Below are positions 39,604 to 49,740 of a stretch of 64,000 nucleotides of DNA, piece by piece. The translations under genes were made by a program, and so were the position numbers. The stretch spans positions 736,001-800,000 of the forward strand of contig OZ223269.1 of the NCBI GenBank assembly GCA_965140585.1, in the 5' to 3' direction. Under the pieces are notes generated by a model that made no database searches, was not told where the DNA came from, and was given only the letters and a program-made list of their open reading frames with translations. The stretch's first letter is position 1. Each line of letters opens with the position of its first letter. Source of the stretch: Spirochaetia bacterium (lineage in GTDB: Bacteria; Spirochaetota; Spirochaetia; UBA9216).

Positions 39604-40377
39604 TTAGTTGTATAAATCGTCAATTATATCGATGCCGCAGCTTAGACCGGAAAACCAGTCCAGAAACTTATTGACATTGTCACCCGTATAAATGGCACCA
39701 TGCTGAGGAGCTATCATACTGATGTTCATGCCACTAAGTTTGCTGATCCATTTCTTGATTACTTTATTCGAGCTCATATAGCGTTTGTGGAAACCTTCAC
39801 AAATTTTAATATGCTCATTAAAATCCTCAACAAAAAGATACTGATTGCCGGGTTTAAATACCGCGGCTCCGATGTCTCCAGTGAAAAGAATTCCTGATGT
39901 TTCATCAAAAAAAGAATAACATCCGGTTGAGTGGAGAAAATGTGAAGGAACCATTACAAGTTCCCTGTTCTGTGATATTTTCAGCCTTCCACCCAGATTT
40001 TCAATAGATGAAATCCTGCTATTATCAACTATTCCGAAATGCGGAATAAATCTGAGCCACAGGCCTGAAATGTATATTTTCGCATTTGTAACGCCCAGCC
40101 ACAGTGCAATACCGCTGGAAACATCAGGATCCTGATGCGAGTAGAAAATATTATCAATGTGATCGAGATCTATATACTGACTTACCAGGGCTACTACTCT
40201 TGAAAAAAGGTGAATCCCACCCGGATCTACGAGAGTTCCCCTTCCATTGTTAATTATTAGGTACTGATTGGTCTGTACTACACCAACTTCTTCTTCCTCA
40301 TCGGCGCCAAGCCAGATAAACTGATGGCCTTCTGTCTGGAATAAAATCTTTCCGTTTATATCTTCAGAATTAATCAA
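39604..40377 (-). CDS. oxygen-binding di-iron protein (ODP), MBL fold
   Basis: NQYLI, DPGG, SHQDPD, HFLH, FTGDIG, PQHG; lies directly upstream of a soluble MCP; TTG start. Confidence 0.85.
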   Translation of the reverse strand: MINSEDINGKILFQTEGHQFIWLGADEEEEVGVVQTNQYLIINNGRGTLVDPGGIHLFSRVVALVSQYIDLDHIDNIFYSHQDPDVSSGIALWLGVTNAKIYISGLWLRFIPHFGIVDNSRISSIENLGGRLKISQNRELVMVPSHFLHSTGCYSFFDETSGILFTGDIGAAVFKPGNQYLFVEDFNEHIKICEGFHKRYMSSNKVIKKWISKLSGMNISMIAPQHGAIYTGDNVNKFLDWFSGLSCGIDIIDDLYN

Positions 40378-40480
40378 TTATTTCCCCGTTATATAAAAAT
40401 TTAGTATTATAATATAATTAATATATGGAAATGGCAAATAACTTTCATATTATTAAATTATTATAATATAAGGAGTTTTA

Positions 40481-40990
40481 ATGAAGCGGATTTTTTTTAT
40501 AAGTTTATTGGTGCTGTCCGCCGTTTTGGTTTTCGGGCAGGAAGTTACAGTAACCATCAGTAATGATACGGGCTATGATATAACCAGTCTTTATTTTTCA
40601 CCTACCGACTTTGATGACTGGGGAGATGATTTTCTTGAGGGAGATATCCTTTATTACGGTGATGAAATTACAATTTCACTCGACATGTATGATGCTGAAG
40701 CTGTTTTGTATGATCTGCAGGCTGTTGATATCGATGACGATTATTATTCGAAGTATGAAATCGATATTTCGGCTGATGATGTAATCTATCTTACAATTGA
40801 TGATTACGAAGGATTCGATGATTATGATGACAGTTATGATGATTACTCAAGTTATGATGACGGTTATAATGACGGATACAGCGAAGGTTATAAGCAGGGA
40901 TATACTGACGCATTCAGGGATGCATATCTCGAAGGATTTAAAGCCGGCCAGGAATTAAATACCGATACTGCACCTGACAGGTGGAGATGA
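40481..40990 (+). CDS. secreted acidic hypothetical protein
   Basis: Signal peptide (MKRIFFISLLVLSAVLVFG), NDTGYDITSLYFSP...WGDDFL domain, D/Y-rich linker and GYxxGY repeats; AAGGAG SD. Confidence 0.85.
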   Translation: MKRIFFISLLVLSAVLVFGQEVTVTISNDTGYDITSLYFSPTDFDDWGDDFLEGDILYYGDEITISLDMYDAEAVLYDLQAVDIDDDYYSKYEIDISADDVIYLTIDDYEGFDDYDDSYDDYSSYDDGYNDGYSEGYKQGYTDAFRDAYLEGFKAGQELNTDTAPDRWR

Positions 40991-41021
40991 TTTTTAAGTA
41001 TCAATTAACAATTTATAAATT

Positions 41022-41051
41022 AAAAAAGGCCGGATATACCGGCCTTTTTTT
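41022..41051. terminator. bidirectional terminator
   Basis: AAAAAAGGCCGG-atata-CCGGCCTTTTTTT. Confidence 0.85.
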
Positions 41052-41401
41052 CAGCAGAAGGAGCTTATCACCGTTTCTTTGAAAAGATTAAGTTCTTCAA
41101 ATATGAATGATTCAAACTTCCCGGCTTTTACATAATCACCAATTGAAGAATGTTTTTCGTATTCCGAAAGAATAGAACTTATACGGGTTCCGCCGTTCTT
41201 TTCTGTAAAAGATCTGATTTCGGACACCGCCCTGCAGATAGTCTTATTTTCTCGCGTTATTATAGACTGCTCCAGATTAAAAAGCAGATTATGGTATCTG
41301 TCAAGAAAATAGCCTATCCTGCTGCCGCCATAATTGTCTTCACTGCTGTAACCAAGGAACTTTTTAAAATCCAGTACAGCTTCATCAAATATCAGTTCCA
41401 T
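41051..41401 (-). CDS. hypothetical protein, degenerate Hpt-like
   Basis: 116-aa helical ORF at the end of the gcv operon; pattern resembles Hpt domains. Confidence 0.55.
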   Translation of the reverse strand: MELIFDEAVLDFKKFLGYSSEDNYGGSRIGYFLDRYHNLLFNLEQSIITRENKTICRAVSEIRSFTEKNGGTRISSILSEYEKHSSIGDYVKAGKFESFIFEELNLFKETVISSFC

Positions 41402-41419
41402 ATAACAAGAATAAGATCT

Positions 41420-42892
41420 TTAAGTACCGTTTTCAACTAATTCAGCTTTAAAATAATTTATATCAAGCTGTTTTACTGCTTTGACTTCATCCAGTCTTGA
41501 AACAACAGTTGTTCGGGGACATGTCTTGAAAAATGCAGGTTCATGGTCCGCTTTCCTGGAAAGCTCAATAAGTGTTTCTGCAAAATGATCAAGTGTTTCA
41601 GGACTTTCTGTTTCAGTCGGTTCAATCATAAGCGCTTCCGGAACGTTAAGAGGGAAATACACAGTAGGAGGATGCATGCCGTAATCGATAAGCGCTTTTG
41701 CAAAATCAAGTGCTTTTACACCCCTGGAGGCATAATCTTTTGCGCTTATAACAAACTCATGCAGGGTGCCATTTGGGTAGGGAATGCTGAAATCATTTTG
41801 GAGTTTCTTTTTCAGATAATTGGCATTCAGAACAGCATTTTCACTGACTTCAATTAAGCCGTCCCTTCCCATATAAAGTATATATGCATATGCGCGAAGC
41901 AGTATCCCGAAATTACCGTAAAACGGAGAGATATATCCAATCGATTCCGGTTTATGATAATCAAGGGCAAAGGTTCCGTCTTCCCGCTTTGAAATCCTCG
42001 ATGTCGGAAGAAACTCTGCAAGAAAATCCTTAACGCCTACTGGTCCGGCTCCTGGCCCTCCGCCTCCGTGAGGAGTTGAAAAAGTCTTGTGTAAATTTAA
42101 ATGCACGATATCAAACCCCAAATCTCCCGGACGTGCCTTTCCCATGATAGCATTCATGTTTGCACCGTCGTAATATAGAAGGGCTCCGAAAGAATGTGCC
42201 AGATCCGCTATTTCCCTAATATGAGGATTAAAGATTCCAAGTGTATTGGGACAAGTCAGCATAACTCCTGCTGTATTCTCATCAAGAACCTTTTTGAATT
42301 CATCCATATCCATCAAACCATCTGAATCAGATTTTACAGTTATAACCTTAAAACCTGCTATAGCCGCGCTGGCCGGATTTGTTCCATGACCGGAGTCCGG
42401 GATAATGATATTTTCTTTTTTAACCTTATTGTGTTTGTGATAGGCAGCTATCAGCATTACTCCGGTTAGTTCTCCATGTGCTCCCGCCATAGGCTGGGTC
42501 GTGAAGGCCGCCATTCCGGTAATTTCAGAGAGCTGCTTTTCCAGTTCATAAATCACCTGCAGCGCACCCTGAGTGAGAACTCCGCCTTTAACAAGCTGCG
42601 GCTGAAGCGGATGCAGGCTTGCAAAACTCTCAAGTGATGCAATTTTCTCTGTAAATCTGGGATTGTATTTCATGGTACAGGAGCCGAGAGGATAGAAGTT
42701 GGTATCAACACTGAAATTCAGCTGTGATAGTCTTGTATAGTGCCTGACAACCTCTGATTCTGAAAGGGCAGGAAGCTTTGGAGTTTCAGTATTAAGATAA
42801 TGATCTTCAAGTTTCTCTGCTGCAGGAACGTCTGATACTGGAAGTTTTATACCACGGTGATCAGGGTTTGATTTCTCAAAAATCAGCTGCAT
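41420..42892 (-). CDS. gcvPB: glycine dehydrogenase subunit 2
   Basis: YPLGSCTMKYNP, HGTNPAS, HLNLHKTFSTPHGGGGPG, EPTETES. Confidence 0.96.
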   Translation of the reverse strand: MQLIFEKSNPDHRGIKLPVSDVPAAEKLEDHYLNTETPKLPALSESEVVRHYTRLSQLNFSVDTNFYPLGSCTMKYNPRFTEKIASLESFASLHPLQPQLVKGGVLTQGALQVIYELEKQLSEITGMAAFTTQPMAGAHGELTGVMLIAAYHKHNKVKKENIIIPDSGHGTNPASAAIAGFKVITVKSDSDGLMDMDEFKKVLDENTAGVMLTCPNTLGIFNPHIREIADLAHSFGALLYYDGANMNAIMGKARPGDLGFDIVHLNLHKTFSTPHGGGGPGAGPVGVKDFLAEFLPTSRISKREDGTFALDYHKPESIGYISPFYGNFGILLRAYAYILYMGRDGLIEVSENAVLNANYLKKKLQNDFSIPYPNGTLHEFVISAKDYASRGVKALDFAKALIDYGMHPPTVYFPLNVPEALMIEPTETESPETLDHFAETLIELSRKADHEPAFFKTCPRTTVVSRLDEVKAVKQLDINYFKAELVENGT

Positions 42893-44226
42893 ACTGCCTC
42901 CTCCAAAAGATCCGCATAAAGAGCGAGTTCATGCTTCGTTCTTCTTTCTGTAACAGCAATCAGAAGATAATTCTGCATTTCTGTGTAATATCTTCCCAGT
43001 GGGAAACCTGCCGCAATACCTTTTTCGATAAGCGAACCGATTACTTCATTTGCGTTAACCGGAAGTTTTACTGTAAATTCGTTGAAGGTGGGTGACGATT
43101 TCATAACCTCTATTCCAGGTATTGCAGAAAGTCTGCTCTTGAGATATTCGGTTTTATCGCGGCATAAGCCGGCAAGCTGTTTCAACCCCTCTGAGCCCAG
43201 AAGAGACATGTATATTACAGCGCGCAGCGCACAGAGCGACTGATTTGAACAAATATTTGAATTCGCAGTTTCACGTCTGATGTGCTGTTCTCTTGTCTGC
43301 AGAGTCAAAACAAAACCCTCTCTGCCGTTGCGGTCTGTTGTTTTTCCGCAGATCCGTCCGGGCATCTTACGGACGAGTTCCTGTTTTGCTGCAAGAAAAC
43401 CGAGATATGGTCCTCCAAACGACAGGGGGATACCTAGCGACTGTCCTTCACCTGTTACTATGTCGATATCCATCGTGGACGGTGGTTTAAGCATTCCAAG
43501 ACTTATCGGGTAAACACTTGAAATAATCAGAGCCCCGTTGCTGTGACAGAGTTCAGCAATATCTGTATGATCATCCACAGCGCCGAAAAAATTAGGGTTC
43601 TGGACTATTACCGCAGCTGTATCATTATCAATAAAGGCTTCAACGGCCTCTCTGCATGTCTGGCCATGACAGACAGGTACCTCATAAAAGTCTATTGAAA
43701 GGTTTTCTGAATAGCTTTTAATCATTTTGCGGTAAATCGGATTTACTCCGCCGTCCATAACCACCTTTTTACGTCCGGTTGCTCTTATCGCCATCATCAT
43801 GGCTTCATATAATGCTGTGCCTCCGTCATACAGGGAGGCATTTGCCACATCCATACCGGTTAACCCGCATATACAGCTCTGATATTCATAGATAGCCTGA
43901 AGAGTCCCCTGAGATGCTTCCGGCTGATACGGTGTGTAGGCGGTGAAAAACTCTCCGCGGCTTACGAGTGCATCAACTGCAGACGGAATTTCATGATCAT
44001 AAAATCCGCCGCCTACAAAATAAACAAGATTATGAACGTTTTTATTTCCAAGTTCTTTTAACTGTCTTATTACTTCATACTCTGATTTACCGGCGGGTAA
44101 ATTAAAGCTTGAAGCCCGTAACCCCGGTGGAATTATTGAGAATAATTTATCAAGTTCATTCTGTTCCACTCCAATAAAATCAAGCATCTTATTTCTACCG
44201 GATTCGCCGTTTGGAATGTAACTCAT
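42883..44226 (-). CDS. gcvPA: glycine dehydrogenase subunit 1
   Basis: TAYTPYQPEASQG, NASLYDG, QTREQHIRRE, SNICSNQ. Confidence 0.96.
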   Translation of the reverse strand: MSYIPNGESGRNKMLDFIGVEQNELDKLFSIIPPGLRASSFNLPAGKSEYEVIRQLKELGNKNVHNLVYFVGGGFYDHEIPSAVDALVSRGEFFTAYTPYQPEASQGTLQAIYEYQSCICGLTGMDVANASLYDGGTALYEAMMMAIRATGRKKVVMDGGVNPIYRKMIKSYSENLSIDFYEVPVCHGQTCREAVEAFIDNDTAAVIVQNPNFFGAVDDHTDIAELCHSNGALIISSVYPISLGMLKPPSTMDIDIVTGEGQSLGIPLSFGGPYLGFLAAKQELVRKMPGRICGKTTDRNGREGFVLTLQTREQHIRRETANSNICSNQSLCALRAVIYMSLLGSEGLKQLAGLCRDKTEYLKSRLSAIPGIEVMKSSPTFNEFTVKLPVNANEVIGSLIEKGIAAGFPLGRYYTEMQNYLLIAVTERRTKHELALYADLLEEAVCS

Positions 44227-44235
44227 GTTGAACTC

Positions 44236-44625
44236 CTATTCATTTTCAAGTGATTTCAGATATTCCTCATATTCTTCTGAATTAAGAAGCTGGTTTTTTA
44301 AGCCTGAAGTCATTTTCAGCTTAAGTATCCAGCCTTCATTGTAGCAGTCTGTATTTATCAGTTCCGGAGTGTCCTCAAGCAGTGTGTTGATTTCAATTAC
44401 ACTTCCCGTTGCAGGGCTGTAGACGGGGCTTACTGCTTTTACAGACTCAAGTGTGACAACACTGTCGCCCTCGCTGAATGAAGTTCCGGGAGCGGGAAGT
44501 TCCACATAGGTTATATCACCAAGTTCATCACTGGCATGCTGGGTTATTCCAATGGTTCCGGTATCTCCTTCGGTAATAATCCACTCATGTTCCTTTGTGT
44601 ATCTTCGGTCTTTGGGTATCATCAT
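44236..44625 (-). CDS. gcvH: glycine cleavage system H protein
   Basis: YTKEHEW, ESVKAVS (lipoyl Lys), GWILK. Confidence 0.96.
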   Translation of the reverse strand: MMIPKDRRYTKEHEWIITEGDTGTIGITQHASDELGDITYVELPAPGTSFSEGDSVVTLESVKAVSPVYSPATGSVIEINTLLEDTPELINTDCYNEGWILKLKMTSGLKNQLLNSEEYEEYLKSLENE

Positions 44626-44636
44626 TTTCTCCTTTT

Positions 44637-45719
44637 TTAAACAAACGGAAGTCTGGCAATTTCCGCTTTAATTATAGTATTCTCATTCACGCATGTAATA
44701 TTTAACTTTTTATCATAATATTGCCGGTCCAGGAGGGCAAGTCCTATTCCCTTTTTTAAAACAGGTGAAAAACAGCCGCTTGTAACGATGCCTATTCTTC
44801 TTTCTTCAAGATATATTTCGTAATCATCCCTTGCGGTCTGTCTTCCTTCACAAATAAACGGCGTAATTATGACGTCAGGTCCTTTATTTTCAATATCAGT
44901 GAGTGCTTTTTTTCCTATGAAATCTTTTTCAATATCGACAAATTTCATAAGATTTGCTTCAGAAGGGGATATTTTAAGTGAGAGTTCATGACCGTAAAGG
45001 GAATAACCCTTTTCAAGTCTAAGGCTGTCTCTTGCACCAAGACCGGCAGGTTTCACAACACTATTTTCTAAAAATCTTGTCCATAAAAGTCCTCCGGCCT
45101 CAACAGGAATGTATAATTCAAAACCATCTTCGCCTGTATATCCGGTTCTGCTGATAATTATATGAAAATTTTCATAATTAACATCAGTAAATGCGAATCG
45201 TTTTAAATCCTGTAATTCCTTTGAATTAAATATATGTGAAATTGCTTTTAATGATTCAGGTCCCTGTAAATCGAGTTTGACAGTCTCGTCCGAAATATTG
45301 ATCACATTATTTTCAGAGGATAGATTGGAAAGGAGCCATTCAAAATCTTCATCAATACGGGATGAATTTACAACAGCCATAAATTTATTTTTAGAAAATC
45401 TGTACAAAATAAGGTCGTCAATTGTAAAACCATCGTTATTGAGCATGAATCCGTAACGGCAGGAGTTATCGGGAATTTGCTTTATATCACGTGTAAACAG
45501 CCTGTTAAGCTCTTCCTCTGCAGTGGTTCCCTCAATGATAATTTCACCCATATGACTTATATCAAATAAGGATGCAGCCTTCCTTGTATAATTATGTTCC
45601 GCAATAATAGAACCGTAATGAAGGGGCAATGACCAGCCGGTAAACGCTGTCATACGGGCATTGTGTTCAAGATGAAGATGGTTAAGAGGGCTATGTTTCA
45701 GGTATAAATGATCTGACAT
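44637..45719 (-). CDS. gcvT: aminomethyltransferase
   Basis: FDISHMGE, SRTGYTGEDGFE, GLGARDSLRLE. ATG 45719 behind GGAGG. Confidence 0.95.
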   Translation of the reverse strand: MSDHLYLKHSPLNHLHLEHNARMTAFTGWSLPLHYGSIIAEHNYTRKAASLFDISHMGEIIIEGTTAEEELNRLFTRDIKQIPDNSCRYGFMLNNDGFTIDDLILYRFSKNKFMAVVNSSRIDEDFEWLLSNLSSENNVINISDETVKLDLQGPESLKAISHIFNSKELQDLKRFAFTDVNYENFHIIISRTGYTGEDGFELYIPVEAGGLLWTRFLENSVVKPAGLGARDSLRLEKGYSLYGHELSLKISPSEANLMKFVDIEKDFIGKKALTDIENKGPDVIITPFICEGRQTARDDYEIYLEERRIGIVTSGCFSPVLKKGIGLALLDRQYYDKKLNITCVNENTIIKAEIARLPFV

Positions 45720-45745
45720 AACAGGGCCTCCTGAAATCTGAGACA

Positions 45746-45774
45746 ATTATATGATCTGTATTTTTAAAATACAA
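45746..45774 (-). promoter_or_regulatory. sigma70 promoter of the gcv operon with overlapping palindrome
   Basis: Minus strand TTGTAT, 17 bp, TATAAT; palindrome TGTATTTT-T-AAAATACA at 45757-45773. Confidence 0.65.
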
Positions 45775-45783
45775 GTAAATGTA

Positions 45784-46578
45784 TTATTTTGTGTGAATCT
45801 TGAGCGCCGGGTATGCGAATTCTATTTTTTCTTTTTCAAATGCTTTTTTTATTTCGGGAATTATCGAGTTTTTAAGCTGAAGGTAGCTCGTTTTTTCAAA
45901 CCACATGCCCAAAAGTATTTCGCAGCCTTTTTCGCCGAAGCCGTTATATACAAATAGAGGTTCCGGTTCGGTCAGACAAAGCGGATTCTCTGAAGCTGCT
46001 GATAAAAGAATATTTTTTACTTTTTCAAGGTCTGTGTCATAAGGTACCGATATATTGATATCCATCCTTCGTATCGGAAATCTTGTAACGGTAGTAACGT
46101 CTGAATTGATAATATTCTCGTTTGGAATGCGGACAAAAAGGTTGTCAAAGGTTCTGAGTTTTATGGACAGCAAATCTATTGAATAAACTATTCCGGTTTT
46201 ATCTCCAATTTTAACAACATCACCAACCTGGAAGGATTTTTCACTGATTAGAAAAATACCGCTGATTATATTACCCACACTGTTTTTGGAAGCGACACCT
46301 ATGGTCAATCCGGCAATTCCGGCTGCTCCCAGAAGTGCGGTAAGATCAATATTAAAAATAGAAAGTACTGTCAGAATAACGATGAACAGTCCGGAATAGA
46401 TGACAATTTTGTTAATCAGCATGAAACTCTGCTGGGAGATTTTTTTCTTAACTGTACGTTTTAAAACAGCTGTAATTATCCTGATTATGATAAGCCCGCA
46501 GACAGCAATAATTACTGCTTTTAGAATAGTTTGATATGGAAAATTGTTAAAAAATTGATTCAAACTTTTGAAATCCAT
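45784..46578 (-). CDS. mscS: small-conductance mechanosensitive channel
   Basis: Three TM segments, GAAGIAGL, FQVGDVV, IPNE. Confidence 0.9.
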   Translation of the reverse strand: MDFKSLNQFFNNFPYQTILKAVIIAVCGLIIIRIITAVLKRTVKKKISQQSFMLINKIVIYSGLFIVILTVLSIFNIDLTALLGAAGIAGLTIGVASKNSVGNIISGIFLISEKSFQVGDVVKIGDKTGIVYSIDLLSIKLRTFDNLFVRIPNENIINSDVTTVTRFPIRRMDINISVPYDTDLEKVKNILLSAASENPLCLTEPEPLFVYNGFGEKGCEILLGMWFEKTSYLQLKNSIIPEIKKAFEKEKIEFAYPALKIHTK

Positions 46579-46590
46579 ATTTTACTCCTG

Positions 46591-47385
46591 TCAGCCTAGA
46601 TTCTTAAAAAATCTGAAACTTCTTCTGATGAGACTTTTCTCATCAGCCTTTCTTGGACTGGTAAGCAGATTATCGAACTCAATCTCTTTCCCGGGGGTAT
46701 CGTGATAATTATACTGAAGCAGCTGTTCCGGACCTGAAACTATTACATCAACCTTGTTGGATGAAAGGTATCTGCCGTTCTGGAAAATCTTAAGCGAAGG
46801 TGTGTTAAGAAAAATTTTATAAAAACGGAATGCTTCAGAAGATTTATTGGTGAAATGAATAAGTATTGCTGCTCTGTCAGGCTTGAGGTTTTCAAGATCC
46901 TTCTTCTCATGAAATACAGCATTGAAAGAAAAACACAAATCACCGGATTCAAAATCACCCGACCAGGTATTTGACAGTTTCCATGTGGCGAATTCTTTGA
47001 TAATAGCCTTTGGGGTCTGTTTTACAATTGCCGGAGATACAGGCAGACTGCAGAGAAAACTTACATTTGTGTCAGGATTAAGCGTGAAAGGGGTATCAAA
47101 CATCAGAATGAGCGGTCTGTCGGGAAATACTGGACATAGGCTGCTTTTCCCTATGTTTTTAGAACCCAGCATTTCAAAGTTAAAAGAGTCTGAGAAATTA
47201 TCTGATATTTTATCGGTTAAACTGAATTTTTCACGGCCGTCTGTGATTGTATTAAAAGCTGTATACAGAGAATCTGCTTTTCTTAGAATGCAAATTTCAC
47301 TTAAACCGTAATTGATTATGAGTTTTTCCGGTATTTCTGCAGGAATTATCGACCAGAAAAAAGTGTTTGAATTATCGATAGACAT
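46591..47385 (-). CDS. DUF432-like protein
   Basis: PVFPDRPL and LSNTWSGD..GDLCF motifs; adjacent to mscS as usual for this family. Confidence 0.65.
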   Translation of the reverse strand: MSIDNSNTFFWSIIPAEIPEKLIINYGLSEICILRKADSLYTAFNTITDGREKFSLTDKISDNFSDSFNFEMLGSKNIGKSSLCPVFPDRPLILMFDTPFTLNPDTNVSFLCSLPVSPAIVKQTPKAIIKEFATWKLSNTWSGDFESGDLCFSFNAVFHEKKDLENLKPDRAAILIHFTNKSSEAFRFYKIFLNTPSLKIFQNGRYLSSNKVDVIVSGPEQLLQYNYHDTPGKEIEFDNLLTSPRKADEKSLIRRSFRFFKNLG

Positions 47386-47397
47386 TTGATTTCCCTT

Positions 47398-48471
47398 TTA
47401 TAACCATTTCTTCTTTTTAAAGAAAACAAGCATAGCTACACCGATTATAAGCATCACAAGCAGTACTGCAAAATAAGCCCATTTGATAGAAAGTTCAGGC
47501 ATATAGGAGAAATTCATACCGTAAATACCGGCAATAAATGTCAGCGGAATAAAAATTGTAGCAATCAATGTCAGGACCTTCATTATTGAGTTCATACGGT
47601 TGCTTATAGTTGAGGTATATGTATCATATACACCGCTTAGAATTTCACGGAAAACATCGATAAACTCAACTACCTGTATTACATGGTCAGAAACATCGTT
47701 GAAGAAAACCAGAGTGTCTTCACCGATTAGTTCAGTTTCTTCGCGTTTAATGTTATTAGCGATTTCCTTCAGAGGCATCGTAATTTTTCGAAGGTAGAGA
47801 AGTTCCTTTCTTAAATCATGGAGCTCTGAGGTATGTTCGTTGACAGGATTTTTGAGTACTTCATCTTCAAGATTATCTATACGTTCTGAAAGAATGTCTG
47901 TGACTGCCATGTAGTTGTCAATAATGATATCAATCAAAGCATAAAATAGATAATCATTTCCCTTTTTTCTAATTTTACCGAGGCTGTTTCTAAGCCTTGC
48001 TCTGACAGGATCAAAAAGATCGCCTGGTTTTTCCTGAAAACTGATCAGGTAATCCTTGCCCAGAATGAAACTTACCTGTTCAGAATCAATACTTCCGCTA
48101 ATTTCATCCCAAGATATCATCTTAAGAATTAAAAGCATTTGATCATCAATTATGTCAATTTTGGGAAGAATTGTAGTGTTAAGAATATCTTCAAGGAGCA
48201 GGGGATGTATATTAAAAATAGTCCCTGTTCTTTTTATCAGTTCTGTATCATGAAGTCCGTCAATGTTAATCCAGTTGACATAATTAACCTGTTTTCCGAT
48301 TAAAGCAGAATTAATATCATCCGGTACAGTTTCTGATAAGTCAGTTTCATCATATCTCATTAGAGATATCAATGCCTTATCAGTTTTTTTTCTGCCGATA
48401 TGAACCAGTGAGCCCGGAGGACTTCCAATGCTTTCTTTACGGTTTTTAAAAATTTTGTTGTACTTCATCAT
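47398..48471 (-). CDS. corA: magnesium/cobalt transporter
   Basis: GSPPGSL, WINIDGLHD, YGMNF, MPEL. Confidence 0.95.
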   Translation of the reverse strand: MMKYNKIFKNRKESIGSPPGSLVHIGRKKTDKALISLMRYDETDLSETVPDDINSALIGKQVNYVNWINIDGLHDTELIKRTGTIFNIHPLLLEDILNTTILPKIDIIDDQMLLILKMISWDEISGSIDSEQVSFILGKDYLISFQEKPGDLFDPVRARLRNSLGKIRKKGNDYLFYALIDIIIDNYMAVTDILSERIDNLEDEVLKNPVNEHTSELHDLRKELLYLRKITMPLKEIANNIKREETELIGEDTLVFFNDVSDHVIQVVEFIDVFREILSGVYDTYTSTISNRMNSIMKVLTLIATIFIPLTFIAGIYGMNFSYMPELSIKWAYFAVLLVMLIIGVAMLVFFKKKKWL

Positions 48472-48486
48472 GAGATATTATACATC

Positions 48487-48513
48487 AAAAAGCCGCCTTT
48501 GAAAGGCGGCTTT
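48487..48513 (-). terminator. terminator after rubrerythrin
   Basis: Minus strand AAAGCCGCCTTT/AAAGGCGGCTTTTT hairpin with T tract. Confidence 0.8.
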
Positions 48514-48532
48514 ACTCTCAGGAAAGTTAAAT

Positions 48533-49054
48533 TTAGAGGTCGAGGTTGGCGGGTTCAAAAAGTTCTTTTCCGCTTTTGCAGCATGGACATTTTACAGGCG
48601 GTTCTGTATTTTCAACAATGTATCCGCATACACTGCATTTCCAGAGAATAGGTTCATCTCTTTTGTAGACTGTACCGTTGTTTACCATTTCAAGAAGTCT
48701 TTTGTATCTGTCTCTGTGATGAGCTTCAACTTTGAGAATCTGTTTAAAAAGATTCATAGCATCTTTTTCACCTTCAGCTTCTGCTTCTTTTGCAAAATCA
48801 GCATACATTGTCTGTACTTCGTAATCTTCACCTTCCATGGCGGCTTTAAGGTTTGCTGCAGTATCACCGATACCTCCGAGCATAGTAAACTCGTCAAAAG
48901 CATGCTGCATTTCATTTGCTGCAGTTTCTTCAAAAATTTTTGCTATGTAGTTGTAGCCTTCTTCTCTCGCTACCGCGGCCCAGAATGTATATTTGTTTCT
49001 GGCCTGAGATTCACCTGCGAAGGCGGACTGCAGATTCTCTGAAGTTTTTCCCAT
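48533..49054 (-). CDS. rbr: rubrerythrin
   Basis: AFAGESQARNKY, ExxH motifs, C-terminal CxxCG...CPCC. Confidence 0.93.
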   Translation of the reverse strand: MGKTSENLQSAFAGESQARNKYTFWAAVAREEGYNYIAKIFEETAANEMQHAFDEFTMLGGIGDTAANLKAAMEGEDYEVQTMYADFAKEAEAEGEKDAMNLFKQILKVEAHHRDRYKRLLEMVNNGTVYKRDEPILWKCSVCGYIVENTEPPVKCPCCKSGKELFEPANLDL

Positions 49055-49108
49055 AATAATACTCCTATAAATATATTTTTATCATCTGTATAACAGAATG
49101 ATGATTCC

Positions 49109-49546
49109 TTAGTTATGCTTACAGCTGCTGCATATACCGCTGTATACTATTCTCATACCTGTAATTGTGAAATTTTCAGGAAGGACTGTCAAATTTTCAA
49201 CTTCTTTTTCATTACTATTCAGTTCTATATCATAGATATTTCCGCATTCAGTACAGTGAAAGTGATTATGACTGTGAGTCTGGGTATCAAAACGTCTTGT
49301 TGATCCGTAGGTTTCGGTTTTTTGAATAAGTCCGCAGTCATGAAAAGTCTGCATTGTTCTGTTTACTGTATCATAAGTTACTGAAGGGATAACCGGTTTT
49401 ACAAGTTTGAAAACTTCATCCACGGTAGGATGGGTTTTAAGAGGCTTAATCAATTTGAATATGGTAATTCTGTTGGGAGTCATGCGCAAACCGCACTTCT
49501 TGAATTCATCTCTTATATGAGTCAAGTCCTCTGCCTGTAAATGCAT
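49109..49546 (-). CDS. Fur-family regulator, PerR-like
   Basis: HPT, HNHFHCTECG, CSSC; directly upstream of rubrerythrin. Confidence 0.88.
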   Translation of the reverse strand: MHLQAEDLTHIRDEFKKCGLRMTPNRITIFKLIKPLKTHPTVDEVFKLVKPVIPSVTYDTVNRTMQTFHDCGLIQKTETYGSTRRFDTQTHSHNHFHCTECGNIYDIELNSNEKEVENLTVLPENFTITGMRIVYSGICSSCKHN

Positions 49547-49694
49547 GAATATATTATATAATAGAAATACTTATTTAGCAATGGATTTTATCCGGAAAAA
49601 ACATTTTGCATTTTTATAGAAAATATAACTTAATTAGTTATTATGCAATAATTTATATCGTATTAAAAATATTAAGAAAACTTTTAAATACCCG

Positions 49695-49723
49695 TTGACA
49701 TAAAAATTAAATTCATTTATCTT
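49695..49723 (+). promoter_or_regulatory. tRNA promoter
   Basis: TTGACA, 17 bp, TATCTT. Confidence 0.75.
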
Positions 49724-49740
49724 AACCAAGCATTAAGCAA

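Noticed and set aside
45720-45783. Glycine riboswitch upstream of gcvT
   Set aside because: The intergenic space is too short and lacks the aptamer motifs.
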